64,000 nt of DNA from Pseudomonadota bacterium (GCA_021848825.1 JAJZTQ010000014.1:36-64035), one strand, 5' to 3'; shown: positions 9,804 through 18,699, counted from the stretch's first letter. Translations and numbers: made by a program. Notes: generated by a model from the letters alone, not told the origin.

Positions 9804-10670
9804 CTAAACATGAGCTACGTTTGAAAAAAACTCCAAATCTGCATTTAGCAATTCACTTAAATACACTCGTTCTGATTCACTAATTTGAGGCGGAACAATC
9901 TTATCGGAACGAACGGATAGGATGTTAAGCTTGTTGACTAAGTTTGGCACCGCCAGTTTTATAGATCTCTTCAATGGATGAGGGATTACGGATCTCAGCG
10001 CCCGAAATAGTTTCTTTTGCGACTGAACTCTAATATCGTCGGTTCTGTTTTGTTCGATATGTAATTTCCCCCCAAAACTATTGATTTCCAGGAATGAACA
10101 ACACAAGCTCGTAACTCCTGTAGGGTTAGCTTTCAAGTCGTCTGATCTAAGAAGCAGGACATTTTCCTCGCCAAACAGTTCTTTCCATTTGGGCACCCAT
10201 TTCGAGTACAAACTAAACTCTAAGTAAGACATGAAGCACCATCTGTCGGCGACGCTTTCATTTGGATCAAAATCATAACCGCTTTCTTGTATCGCCTGTA
10301 AAAATGGTCGGCTTTCCAGTCCTAATGCATAGAGCCAACGATAATGCGAAATCGTTCGCTCGACCGGGTCGCGCAACACGATAATGATTTTTGGCGACTT
10401 AAGGGACTGCTTTATTCGATGCATAGCAACTTCAGATGCAAAATAAGTTGTACTAGATTCACCGAATACCTTTGTTGATGGCGTTTCACAGATAAATAGG
10501 GAGTTGTGATACTCTAATCCCTTCTCATACTGAGAGTCCATTGAAAAAAACTGAGGCTCTTTTATGTTAGACATGCATATCTCTGGATGTGCATCCAAAT
10601 ACAAATGCAGGCTTGATGTGCCGCTTTTTCCAACGCCTGCGATAATCAAGTTACACTTGTACTCACTCAT
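9804..10670 (-). CDS. PAPS-dependent sulfotransferase
   Basis: It has a 5'-PSB-like loop (AGVGKSGTSSL) and a 3'-PB-like motif (VLRDPVERTISHY). The start is placed at MSEYK (10670), which overlaps the FdtA-like stop as ATGAGTGA. The track ORF extends to 10730. Confidence 0.8.
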   Translation of the reverse strand: MSEYKCNLIIAGVGKSGTSSLHLYLDAHPEICMSNIKEPQFFSMDSQYEKGLEYHNSLFICETPSTKVFGESSTTYFASEVAMHRIKQSLKSPKIIIVLRDPVERTISHYRWLYALGLESRPFLQAIQESGYDFDPNESVADRWCFMSYLEFSLYSKWVPKWKELFGEENVLLLRSDDLKANPTGVTSLCCSFLEINSFGGKLHIEQNRTDDIRVQSQKKLFRALRSVIPHPLKRSIKLAVPNLVNKLNILSVRSDKIVPPQISESERVYLSELLNADLEFFSNVAHV

Positions 10671-11082
10671 AAACGTTGAGTTTTGCGGACATAAATTGGT
10701 CGTAATTCCTGATATAGTCAGCTTCATCATAAAAATCTGATGCTATCACCAAACAGACTGACCCAGGGTCAAAATTGATCTCTGATGCCCAAATCATGGG
10801 TGGGATGTGTAGTCCTTTCCATGGACGGTTGAGATGAACCACCTTGCTCGCGTAGCCATCAGCCAGGGACACATCGAAGCTTCCTGAAAGGCAAATCAAG
10901 AACTGATGAAGAGCCTTGTGAGCATGAGCGCCACGATCTTCGCCTGTAGGCACATCGTACAAATAGAATATGCGCTTCATTTCAAATGGTATATGTCTCA
11001 TGCTCTCAATGAACGTTAAATTACCGCGAGGATCAGTAATCTTTGGCAACTCGATTATCTTGCAATTATCTATTCGACTCAT
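10663..11082 (-). CDS. dTDP-4-dehydro-6-deoxyglucose 3,4-ketoisomerase (FdtA/QdtA, WxcM-like cupin)
   Basis: The 139-aa product has ELPKITDPRGNLTFIE, RIFYLYDVP and RGAHAHKALHQFLICLSGSF, which are typical of FdtA/QdtA. Confidence 0.85.
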   Translation of the reverse strand: MSRIDNCKIIELPKITDPRGNLTFIESMRHIPFEMKRIFYLYDVPTGEDRGAHAHKALHQFLICLSGSFDVSLADGYASKVVHLNRPWKGLHIPPMIWASEINFDPGSVCLVIASDFYDEADYIRNYDQFMSAKLNVYE

Positions 11083-12020
11083 ATCAGCCCCAATCTATAA
11101 AAATCATGCGCTATTCCGCGCCCACCAAATCCTTCCTTTTGGAAAATCAAACCGCTATTGAGGTGGCGCCCGTCATGCTCAGTCGAAACCCCGAAGCTGA
11201 AGTAATCGTGCCCCGAGAAGGTACTTTCAACAAGATGTGCAAGAACGTAATCCAGAGCCCCTGTTTCTCTCCCCGCATCCGAGCTAGCCAGGTATTGTGT
11301 ATGTGCCACTTGACCGAAATCATAGACGATGCTTCCAGCCAATAGCTGTTGGTTCCGGAAGGCGCCAAATAAACGAATTTCTTCCGGAAAACGGCTTTTG
11401 AGAAGCTGCATTTCCTGCAAGGAATGAACTGGCTTCGCGTCAAATTTCGCCAACACTCGTGAAAGCAGATCGTGGTAGGCATCAAAGAAATCTCCCTCGA
11501 TAACTTCTATGCCCGCTCTAGCAGCCTTGCTAATTGTGGATTTTCTTGAGTCAGAGAGTTTTGGCTTGTTTTTTTGCTGAATGACCGAAGATATGTCACG
11601 GCGGACAAGCCGCGCTTCCATCCGAAAGAGAGCGTACAAGTCCTCCTCGGCGGGATAACGATGAAAAATGTGAGGAACAGCTTTGTAGATCATCGTGCTG
11701 CATCCCATGTCTTTGAAATGCGCAGCGAGTAATTCAAATATCGCAAGTATGTCTGAGGCATGAAGGTTTGTACCATACAGCAACCCCCCGTATGTCAAGC
11801 CGCTGTGGCTTATTATGGTGTTTTCGATGCGGTTGCAGGGAAATACTGAAACAGGCTTGTCATGTTTCACTACCAGTACTGATTGTTCGTCGAAGCGGTC
11901 GGCGTGGTAATCCATGTATTTCCGAAGGTGCAAAAAATTTCCGTTCTTCGAGTGCTGTACGATATTATCCCAGACATCTTCTAGATTGGTGGTATATGGG
12001 ATTAGACGAAAGTCACTCAT
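11079..12020 (-). CDS. FemAB-like / GNAT-fold acyl- or aminoacyl-transferase
   Basis: The product is about 313 aa from MSDFRLIPYT (ATG 12020, overlapping the upstream stop as ATGAGTGA). It has a two-lobed GNAT/FemAB-like layout (GLTYGGL ... AHTQYLASS ... LIFQKEGFG). The family call is by eye only. Confidence 0.5.
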   Translation of the reverse strand: MSDFRLIPYTTNLEDVWDNIVQHSKNGNFLHLRKYMDYHADRFDEQSVLVVKHDKPVSVFPCNRIENTIISHSGLTYGGLLYGTNLHASDILAIFELLAAHFKDMGCSTMIYKAVPHIFHRYPAEEDLYALFRMEARLVRRDISSVIQQKNKPKLSDSRKSTISKAARAGIEVIEGDFFDAYHDLLSRVLAKFDAKPVHSLQEMQLLKSRFPEEIRLFGAFRNQQLLAGSIVYDFGQVAHTQYLASSDAGRETGALDYVLAHLVESTFSGHDYFSFGVSTEHDGRHLNSGLIFQKEGFGGRGIAHDFYRLGLI

Positions 12021-12774
12021 GTTTCCCTCTGAATGCTTCGACGAAAATCTCGCTTGCCAAGTCAGGCTCCTCCTTGCCAAGAAGGTAGAGTCCTTCCAGA
12101 ACATCGGTGCCTATGAGAGGCGCAACGCCTTCCATTTGCATGTGTGTGAATGGTTTTACAAAATAGCCACCTGATTCGACCACTTCAAACCCGGATGACA
12201 CCAAATCTAATTTCAGACTGCGCATGCTATAGACGCGATGCTGAAGAAGTTTTGCATTGCGTTCACTCATCGCTTTGGTATCGGAGATCAGCCCCATCGC
12301 CTTTGCCAGGCGACGATGCAAGGATTCCGAATTCGGTACATTCACGTGTAAGAGTGTTGCTCGGCCCATCACACAACGGATCGCGGTCAACAGGTCGATC
12401 GCAGATGGAACTTCATGAAGCAAGCTGGAACAGATCACAAGGTCAGGCGTGCGAGGCAGAGTGGCTTTCACCTTTGGCACGGCATGCTCGAAAATATCGC
12501 AAATGACATGCAGGTTCGGCAAATTCGATTGTTTTGCATTCTCTGCAAATATTTCAGCTGGATCTACAATGATCCAGCTTTCCACTTCGCCTCCATCCTG
12601 CAACCAAGCATCGTATAGAAGCTCCAGTCCGCAGCCGATTTCGATGACGACCATGGGGCGGTATTTTTCTAGCCTTCCAAGCAACAATTTGCGCCGGTAA
12701 TGCACCATCGTGCTCTCGAATCCATAGTCGGCCAGATATCCCGATTGATATAGGTCAATTCGCTCATCGTTCAT
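12013..12774 (-). CDS. Class I SAM-dependent methyltransferase
   Basis: The 253-aa product has a VVIEIGCGLE glycine-rich SAM motif, followed by DLVICSSLLHEV. Confidence 0.75.
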   Translation of the reverse strand: MNDERIDLYQSGYLADYGFESTMVHYRRKLLLGRLEKYRPMVVIEIGCGLELLYDAWLQDGGEVESWIIVDPAEIFAENAKQSNLPNLHVICDIFEHAVPKVKATLPRTPDLVICSSLLHEVPSAIDLLTAIRCVMGRATLLHVNVPNSESLHRRLAKAMGLISDTKAMSERNAKLLQHRVYSMRSLKLDLVSSGFEVVESGGYFVKPFTHMQMEGVAPLIGTDVLEGLYLLGKEEPDLASEIFVEAFRGKHE

Positions 12775-12787
12775 ATCGAAGCTCCAA

Positions 12788-14290
12788 TTACAGGCCGCAA
12801 ATCATACGGATTCCCGGAATTTTGCAAGCCGCACGGACCACGCGATGCTCTTTTCCAATTCTGGAAATCAGAGCGCGCAAGCACAAGGCAGTCGCTGCGG
12901 CAGTAATCGCCATGCCTGAAATGGTGGCTAACCATAGTGGCAAGAATTGCGCCATAGTAAAAGTCGCTGCTACGACAGGCACTGCAATCATGATCAGCTT
13001 TCGGCTTTGATTACTCCACTGAAAGTCAGTCAGATGCTTCGCGACTGACTTAATGACTCCAAGCGAAAAGGTATACAGCAAAAAAAATGCGACTGCGACC
13101 CCGTTGATTCCAATCAGCTTGATTCCAAGCCAGATCAGCACAAGATGCAGCATATTGAACGCTGTTTGAGTCAAGAAGAACAGCTTTCCTTTTGCAAGCG
13201 CGAGTTGCAAAAAACCCATCGGCCACTGAATCACGCGAATCAGGCAGCCGAGGATGAACCATTGCAGCAGTGCTGCAGCGGGCAGAAACTCCGCGGAATA
13301 GAAGAAATGAATGATCCAGGGGGCAAGACTGATGGTTGCTAGAATTCCAGGGGTTGCCAGCAAAATTCCGATTTCGGTCTGTTCATTGACCAACCTGTTC
13401 ATTTCATCTTTGTCTGGAGCTGTTTTGGTAAGACGCGGATAATAATCGGTTCCCATCGCATTTAGCACAAAATTCACAAACATGCCTGAAAGCGCGAAGG
13501 CGGCACTGTATATGCCCACCCCCTTCAGCCCGATATAATGAGTGATGAGTGAGTTTGTGGCAAAACCCACAATACTCACCATCAGAGCCGACCACATAAA
13601 GGAAATTCCAAGCGCAATCATGCTTTTTGATTCGCTCATGGATTCTGACCAGGTTACCGTGACTCTTGGCAAGAAGAGTCGTTTTGCAAAGAACCAGGAA
13701 AATGCAACCTGGACGATGGCAATCAGCATCAAAGCAGGGACGATGCCGCGCAGACCAAGCCATGCGTATAGACCAATCGTCAAGAACGAACTAGTGCCTG
13801 CGCTTAGCACGTTGACCCGTGCCAAATCTCCAATTCGCTGCATCCCCTGAATTACGGCAAGCAAGCCGCCTGAGAGACTGTTTAACAGGATAGTGATGCC
13901 AAGAACAGCGATCGCCTCTGCGTAATTTTCACTCCCGAATACCCAGGCGCTGAATAATGAACTGAAGCTCAACATGGCTATGCTGCCAGCTAAGCCAGTA
14001 AGCCAGCAAAGCCGGTATAGCGCCAGCGCACTTCGAGCTATAGATTTTCTTTGGCCAGTAGCTTCAGCATTTGCGATATCACGCACGGCACTGGATTGAA
14101 TCCCCAACCCAGAAACTGTGCTTATCAACGTTTGGATAATGGTAAAGTTGCTCAGCAGTCCTATGCCAGCCGAGCCAATCATTATCGCGGCAGCTTTTGT
14201 CCGTACCATACCAAACAGCAAATTGAGTCCGGCAGCACCTCCCATGACAGTCGATGACTTGAGGATTTGTTGGTAGGAAGGCTTGTTCAC
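12788..14290 (-). CDS. wzx: Wzx-type oligosaccharide flippase (MOP superfamily, polysaccharide biosynthesis protein)
   Basis: The 500-aa product is highly hydrophobic with about 12-14 predicted TM segments. Its N-terminus (KSSTVMGGAAGLNLLFGMVRTKAAAIMIGSAGIGL) is typical of O-antigen/EPS translocases. Confidence 0.8.
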   Translation of the reverse strand: MNKPSYQQILKSSTVMGGAAGLNLLFGMVRTKAAAIMIGSAGIGLLSNFTIIQTLISTVSGLGIQSSAVRDIANAEATGQRKSIARSALALYRLCWLTGLAGSIAMLSFSSLFSAWVFGSENYAEAIAVLGITILLNSLSGGLLAVIQGMQRIGDLARVNVLSAGTSSFLTIGLYAWLGLRGIVPALMLIAIVQVAFSWFFAKRLFLPRVTVTWSESMSESKSMIALGISFMWSALMVSIVGFATNSLITHYIGLKGVGIYSAAFALSGMFVNFVLNAMGTDYYPRLTKTAPDKDEMNRLVNEQTEIGILLATPGILATISLAPWIIHFFYSAEFLPAAALLQWFILGCLIRVIQWPMGFLQLALAKGKLFFLTQTAFNMLHLVLIWLGIKLIGINGVAVAFFLLYTFSLGVIKSVAKHLTDFQWSNQSRKLIMIAVPVVAATFTMAQFLPLWLATISGMAITAAATALCLRALISRIGKEHRVVRAACKIPGIRMICGL

Positions 14291-14293
14291 CGA

Positions 14294-14497
14294 TCAGCTT
14301 TTGTAGTAACAGCTGGACAAGCCGCCGCCATTGCGTCCAAATATCACATCATTAAGACTTGTCTGTCTGTAGAGTGCTTTTCCAGATTCGGGCGATTCAT
14401 GAAGATCACGCAATGAAAATAGTCTGCTGTAGCGCCAGAGGTCGCGCCAGTAGTGGCGTTCGGTCCGCCCGGCTTCTATGATGAGTTCGTTCTGCAT
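14294..14497 (-). pseudogene. Possible N-terminal remnant of an ABC-2 (Wzm/KpsM/TagG-type) polysaccharide exporter permease
   Basis: The 67-aa ORF starts MQNELIIEAGRTERHYWRDLWRYSRLF ... YRQT. This mirrors the conserved cytoplasmic N-terminus of Wzm permeases (YWRDLWRYRELF...RYKQT), but it stops before any TM segment. It ends 4 nt upstream of wzx. Confidence 0.4.
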
Positions 14498-14559
14498 GGT
14501 TCAACCAATGTGAATTTGGCTCGAATACTGTTCCGGAGGAAAGCGAGATTGGTCACGAT

Positions 14560-14574
14560 GTTCAATCATTGAAC
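14560..14574. promoter_or_regulatory. Perfect 7-1-7 palindrome GTTCAAT-C-ATTGAAC in the cysQ / wzm-remnant intergenic region
   Basis: I read this directly from the sequence. It lies upstream (minus-strand sense) of the low-GC wzx block. It cannot fold as a hairpin because the loop is 1 nt, so it looks like a dimeric-protein site. Confidence 0.3.
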
Positions 14575-14632
14575 GCATTATATCCCATAGCTGGTTCGCC
14601 GAACAGGGGATATCTCCCGTCGTCATGCGATG

Positions 14633-15409
14633 TCAGCCAGCCCAGGAAATTTCCTGCCAGGGGAAGATGCCGCTGACCATGAATTCCGGATTGTGGAGAT
14701 CCTGCTTGTTGTAGGAAAGCCGTTTTCCCAAGAGATCCGTGACCCGTCCCCCTGCTTCCTCGACGACGCATTGCGCAGCAGCCGTATCCCATTCCATGGT
14801 GGGGCCCAGCCTCGGATAGAGGTCGGCGGAGCCTTCCGCCACCAGGCAGAACTTCAGCGAACTCCCCATGGAGACCTCCCTGTGCTCGCCTATCTTTTCG
14901 AGGAAGCCGTCCAGCTTCTCTCCCCTGTGCGATTTGCTCGCGACCACCCTGACTTCTCCCTCGTCGAACCTGGAGATGCTTATCTTCGAAGGCTTCCCGT
15001 CTATGTCTGCAAAGGCGCCGGCGCCCGCCTCGGCGTAATAGAGCCTTTTGATGGCGGGTGCGTAGACCACCCCGAGGATCGGAAACCCGTTCTCGATGAG
15101 CGCAATGTTGACCGTGAATTCCCCCGTTTTCTTGACGAATTCCTTCGTGCCGTCGAGCGGGTCGACAAGCCAGTATCTTCCCCAGCTTCTCCTCTCTTCG
15201 AACGGGATGTCTGCCGATTCTTCCGACAATACGGGCCATCCGGTCGATTTGAGCCCTTCCGAAATGATATGGTGCGAGGCGAGGTCGGCTTCCGTGAGCG
15301 GGGATGAATCCGATTTCTCCTTGACTTCGAAATTCCTGGCATAAATGGCCATGACTTCGCACCCGGCCTGCCTTGCAATCCGGATCACTTTTTCAATGAG
15401 CTCAGACAT
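14633..15409 (-). CDS. cysQ: 3'(2'),5'-bisphosphate nucleotidase CysQ (PAP phosphatase)
   Basis: It has inositol-monophosphatase-family motifs ([34 protein letters not shown]). The start is set at MSELIEK (15409), which overlaps the cysNC-like stop as ATGTCTGA. The track ORF extends to 15505. Confidence 0.88.
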   Translation of the reverse strand: MSELIEKVIRIARQAGCEVMAIYARNFEVKEKSDSSPLTEADLASHHIISEGLKSTGWPVLSEESADIPFEERRSWGRYWLVDPLDGTKEFVKKTGEFTVNIALIENGFPILGVVYAPAIKRLYYAEAGAGAFADIDGKPSKISISRFDEGEVRVVASKSHRGEKLDGFLEKIGEHREVSMGSSLKFCLVAEGSADLYPRLGPTMEWDTAAAQCVVEEAGGRVTDLLGKRLSYNKQDLHNPEFMVSGIFPWQEISWAG

Positions 15410-16871
15410 GGCTGCCTCCGATGAAGCCGAGCACTTTCTCCACGCATTCTTCGGGAGCGATGCTGACGGTGTCCAGCCTGATTTCGGGCGATTCGGGCGG
15501 TTCATAAGGACTGTCGAGCCCGGTGAAATTCTTCAGTTCGCCTCGCCTCGCCTTGGCATAGAGTCCCTTGGTATCTCTCTTTTCGCATTCCTCGAATGAT
15601 GCGTCGACGAAGATCTCGACGAATTCGCCGTTCTGGAAAAGCGATCTGGCGAACGCCCGCTCGGATCTGAAAGGGCTCAAGAAGGAGACGATCACCATCA
15701 GCCCGGCATCGACCATGAGTTTCGAAACCTCCGCAACCCGCCTGATGTTTTCGACCCGGTCAGCTTCGGTGAATCCCAGATCGCGATTGAGCCCGTGCCT
15801 GACGTTGTCCCCGTCGAGTATGTAGGTGTGCTTGCCCAGGGCGTAGAGCCTTTTTTCGAGGAGATTGGCAATGGTCGATTTGCCCGACCCCGAGAGTCCC
15901 GTCAGCCAGAGGCAATGGGGTCTTTGCGTTTTCAGTCCCGCCCGCGCGAACTTGTCGATCGAAAGGCTCTGCCAGTGGATATTGGATGCCCGGCGCAGCG
16001 CGAAATCGATTGTCCCTGCACCCACCACTTCGTTGTTCATGCTGTCCGTCAGAGTGAAGGAACCGAGCATCCGGTTTTTCGCATACGGATCGAAAGGCAG
16101 GGGCTGGGCTGTCGAAATATTGACGATGCCGATCTCGTTCGCTTCGAGTTTCCTTGCAGCAAGATGTTTTCCGGTTTCGATTTCTATGACATGCTTGATC
16201 GCAGTGATGGTCACGCCGGTTTCGAGGGCGTGGATTTTCATCGAATAGGGGCGGCCTGGCACGAGGTGATCGGAAAGGCAGACCACTTTCGCTTCGAACT
16301 GGTCGGAAAGTTCGACCGGGTCGAGCGCGGAAGCGATCACATCGCCCTTTTCCAGCTCCACCCCGTCTTCCAGGCGAATCGTCACGGCATCCCGGGTCGA
16401 GGCTTCATTGCGCTGACCTTCTTCCGATTCGATGGACATGATCCTGCTGTCTATCCCCTTTACCCTGACCCGATCGCCAGGCTTCACGCTTCCGCTTGCG
16501 ATTCTCCCCTTGTAGCCTGTCTCGCCTTTCGATTCGATCGGCATGCGGAAGGAAGAACTGTCGACGATTTTGTCGAGCTTTTCATAGATCGATTTCGCTG
16601 AGAATTGCGAGGCAGGGATGATCTCGAGGGAAAGAAATCCAAGTTGCTTTTGAAGCTTATCCCGCTCTTTCGAAATTTCGGAAGCCTCTTTGCCGATGAC
16701 TAGGAAGGCATTTCCGATGCCGAGAAGTGCAGCTATCCTGCACTTTTCGCGCACCTCATGCGCCTCGTCCGTGAAAATCATTGCAGCATCCGCAGCCAAG
16801 TCGATTGCGATGCCGTCCGTTATTCGGGGTGGATTTTCCTTGCTGCAGGCGACGATTCGAAGGGTCTTCAT
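15402..16871 (-). CDS. cysC: APS kinase (CysC) fused to a truncated, GTPase-motif-less CysN-like N-terminal region
   Basis: The C-terminal ~190 aa have the [17 protein letters not shown]-loop, [13 protein letters not shown] and SFLSPF. Residues ~105-300 resemble EF-Tu/CysN beta-barrel domains II/III. The first ~100 aa align by eye only to the distal half of a G domain and have no P-loop. Confidence 0.8.
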   Translation of the reverse strand: MKTLRIVACSKENPPRITDGIAIDLAADAAMIFTDEAHEVREKCRIAALLGIGNAFLVIGKEASEISKERDKLQKQLGFLSLEIIPASQFSAKSIYEKLDKIVDSSSFRMPIESKGETGYKGRIASGSVKPGDRVRVKGIDSRIMSIESEEGQRNEASTRDAVTIRLEDGVELEKGDVIASALDPVELSDQFEAKVVCLSDHLVPGRPYSMKIHALETGVTITAIKHVIEIETGKHLAARKLEANEIGIVNISTAQPLPFDPYAKNRMLGSFTLTDSMNNEVVGAGTIDFALRRASNIHWQSLSIDKFARAGLKTQRPHCLWLTGLSGSGKSTIANLLEKRLYALGKHTYILDGDNVRHGLNRDLGFTEADRVENIRRVAEVSKLMVDAGLMVIVSFLSPFRSERAFARSLFQNGEFVEIFVDASFEECEKRDTKGLYAKARRGELKNFTGLDSPYEPPESPEIRLDTVSIAPEECVEKVLGFIGGSHV

Positions 16872-16889
16872 CGGCTCTCCTCTTGAGTT

Positions 16890-17240
16890 TCAGCGCTCGA
16901 CCTGGATTTTCTCGGCTTCCATGCGCAGATGTTCGATTTCGTTTTTCAATGCTTCGTATTCAGCCATCTTCGCCTTCAAGAAGGCGATGGTGATCCTCGC
17001 CTTTTCATCCAGTCCTTTCGGAGTGAGATAATAGGCATAGGCGCTTCTGTTGCTTGAATTCTTGAAGTTGCCTGCCTTGACGAGCCCCCTTGCTATGAGC
17101 GCCTTCAGGCAATAATTCGTCCTGCCCAGGCTGATGCCGAGCACTTTCGCGAGCTCTCTCTGGCTGATCTCCGGGTCCGTCTCGAGAAGCTTGAGTATCC
17201 TGTATCGGTATTCGTCGCTCAACATGGTCGTTGCGTTCAT
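16890..17240 (-). CDS. MarR-family EPS-associated transcriptional regulator (EpsA type)
   Basis: It reads MNATTMLSDEYRYRILKLLETDPEISQRELAKVLGISLGRTNYCLKALIARGLVK ... AYAYYLTPKGLDEKARIT ... AEYEALKNEIEHL. This matches the small winged-helix regulators found in exosortase/PEP-CTERM EPS loci. The start is ambiguous (17261, 17240 or 17225). Confidence 0.75.
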   Translation of the reverse strand: MNATTMLSDEYRYRILKLLETDPEISQRELAKVLGISLGRTNYCLKALIARGLVKAGNFKNSSNRSAYAYYLTPKGLDEKARITIAFLKAKMAEYEALKNEIEHLRMEAEKIQVER

Positions 17241-17269
17241 TTTCTGAACGCATTCTAGCATGCTTTCAG

Positions 17270-18154
17270 CTATCGAACAGATACGCCCTTGTCTGCAAGG
17301 CAAAGATCCAGGCAGATGTGCCAGTCTGGCAGTGCGATTCCGAATGTCGATGCCAGCTTTTCGTTGGAAAGGATCGAGTTTTTGGGCCTGACCGCAGGAA
17401 GAGGGTAGTCTTCGGTGGGAATCGGAATGAGTTTCGGTCTTTTCTCGAGTTTGTCGAGAATGGCTTCGGTGAAGCCGTGCCAGGATGTGGCGCCGTTTGA
17501 GGTGAGATGGTAGGTGCCGGAAAAACTGGATGAAAAAGCTGAGCCGCGTTGCCCGTAGCATTTCGCGAGCGAAAGCGATGTGGCTTCCGCGATCATCCTG
17601 CTCCAGGTGGGGGCGCCTATCTGGTCGTCCACCACCTTCAGCTCATCGCGTTCCTTCGCAAGCCTCAGGATGGTGAGCAGGAAATTGTGTCCCCTGATGC
17701 CATAAACCCAGCTCGTCCTGAAAATGAGGTGCTCAGCCCCGGAGTTTCTCACCGCTTCTTCCCCTGCAAGCTTGGTCCGGCCGTAGACGCTTTGCGGGTT
17801 CGCAGCGTCTTCTTCCAGATAAGGGCCGCTCTTTTTTCCGTCGAAGACGTAATCCGTCGAATAATGAACGATGGGAGAATCGATCTTTTTCGCTTCTTCG
17901 GCGAGCACGCCGGGGGCGATGCCGTTCACTTTCATGGCGAGATCGGGGTCGGATTCAGCCTTGTCGACTGCAGTATAGGCTGCTGCATTGACGATCAGGT
18001 TGGGCGCGACTTCCCTGACCTTCTTCCTGATCGCATCGGGTTCCGAGAGATCCATGTCTTCCTGGTCGAAAGGAATCACTTGCCCGAGGGGAGCAAGGGT
18101 GCGCATGAGCTCCCAGCCGACCTGGCCGTTCTTGCCGACGAGCATGATCTTCAT
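17270..18154 (-). CDS. rmlD: dTDP-4-dehydrorhamnose reductase
   Basis: It has [34 protein letters not shown] and YGRTKLAGE. The start at 18154 overlaps the rmlC stop (ATGA). The track ORF extends to 18262. Confidence 0.93.
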   Translation of the reverse strand: MKIMLVGKNGQVGWELMRTLAPLGQVIPFDQEDMDLSEPDAIRKKVREVAPNLIVNAAAYTAVDKAESDPDLAMKVNGIAPGVLAEEAKKIDSPIVHYSTDYVFDGKKSGPYLEEDAANPQSVYGRTKLAGEEAVRNSGAEHLIFRTSWVYGIRGHNFLLTILRLAKERDELKVVDDQIGAPTWSRMIAEATSLSLAKCYGQRGSAFSSSFSGTYHLTSNGATSWHGFTEAILDKLEKRPKLIPIPTEDYPLPAVRPKNSILSNEKLASTFGIALPDWHICLDLCLADKGVSVR

Positions 18155-18699
18155 TCGAAAAGCTCCGCATCCCTGAACTGCTTTCCCTTCCTGTCCTTTT
18201 CCGAAAGCACGGGTTCCTCGGAATTGAGCGGCCAGCCTATATCGAGATCGGGGTCGTTCCACATGATCGTGCGTTCGTGTTCAGGCGCCCAGTAATCGGT
18301 CGTCTTGTAAAGGAATTCGGCATATTCCGAGAGCACCAGGAAGCCGTGGGCGAATCCTTCCGGAATCCATATCATGCGCCTGTTTTCTTCCGAAAGGATT
18401 TCGCCCACCCATTTTCCGAATGTGGGCGAATTTTTCCTGATATCGACGGCGACGTCGAATACTTCCCCTGAAGTCACCCTCACGAGCTTCCCCTGCGGCT
18501 GCCTGATCTGGTAATGGAGCCCGCGCAGCACATGTCTCGCTGATCTGGAATGGTTGTCCTGGACGAATGCAACATTTCTTCCCGTCAATTCCTCGAATTT
18601 CCTCGCATTGTAGCTTTCGAAGAAGAATCCCCGCTCATCCCCGAAAACTTTCGGTTCGATGATCAGTACTTCCGGTATGGAGGTGGAAACGGCTTTCAT
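18151..18699 (-). CDS. rmlC: dTDP-4-dehydrorhamnose 3,5-epimerase
   Basis: The 182-aa product has [24 protein letters not shown] and GFAHGF motifs. Confidence 0.95.
   Translation of the reverse strand: MKAVSTSIPEVLIIEPKVFGDERGFFFESYNARKFEELTGRNVAFVQDNHSRSARHVLRGLHYQIRQPQGKLVRVTSGEVFDVAVDIRKNSPTFGKWVGEILSEENRRMIWIPEGFAHGFLVLSEYAEFLYKTTDYWAPEHERTIMWNDPDLDIGWPLNSEEPVLSEKDRKGKQFRDAELFE

Noticed and set aside
14562-15378. Alternative-frame ORFs (266 aa, 125 aa minus; 225 aa plus) overlapping cysQ
   Set aside because: They have extreme Arg/Gly composition. The cysQ frame carries all the inositol-monophosphatase-family motifs.
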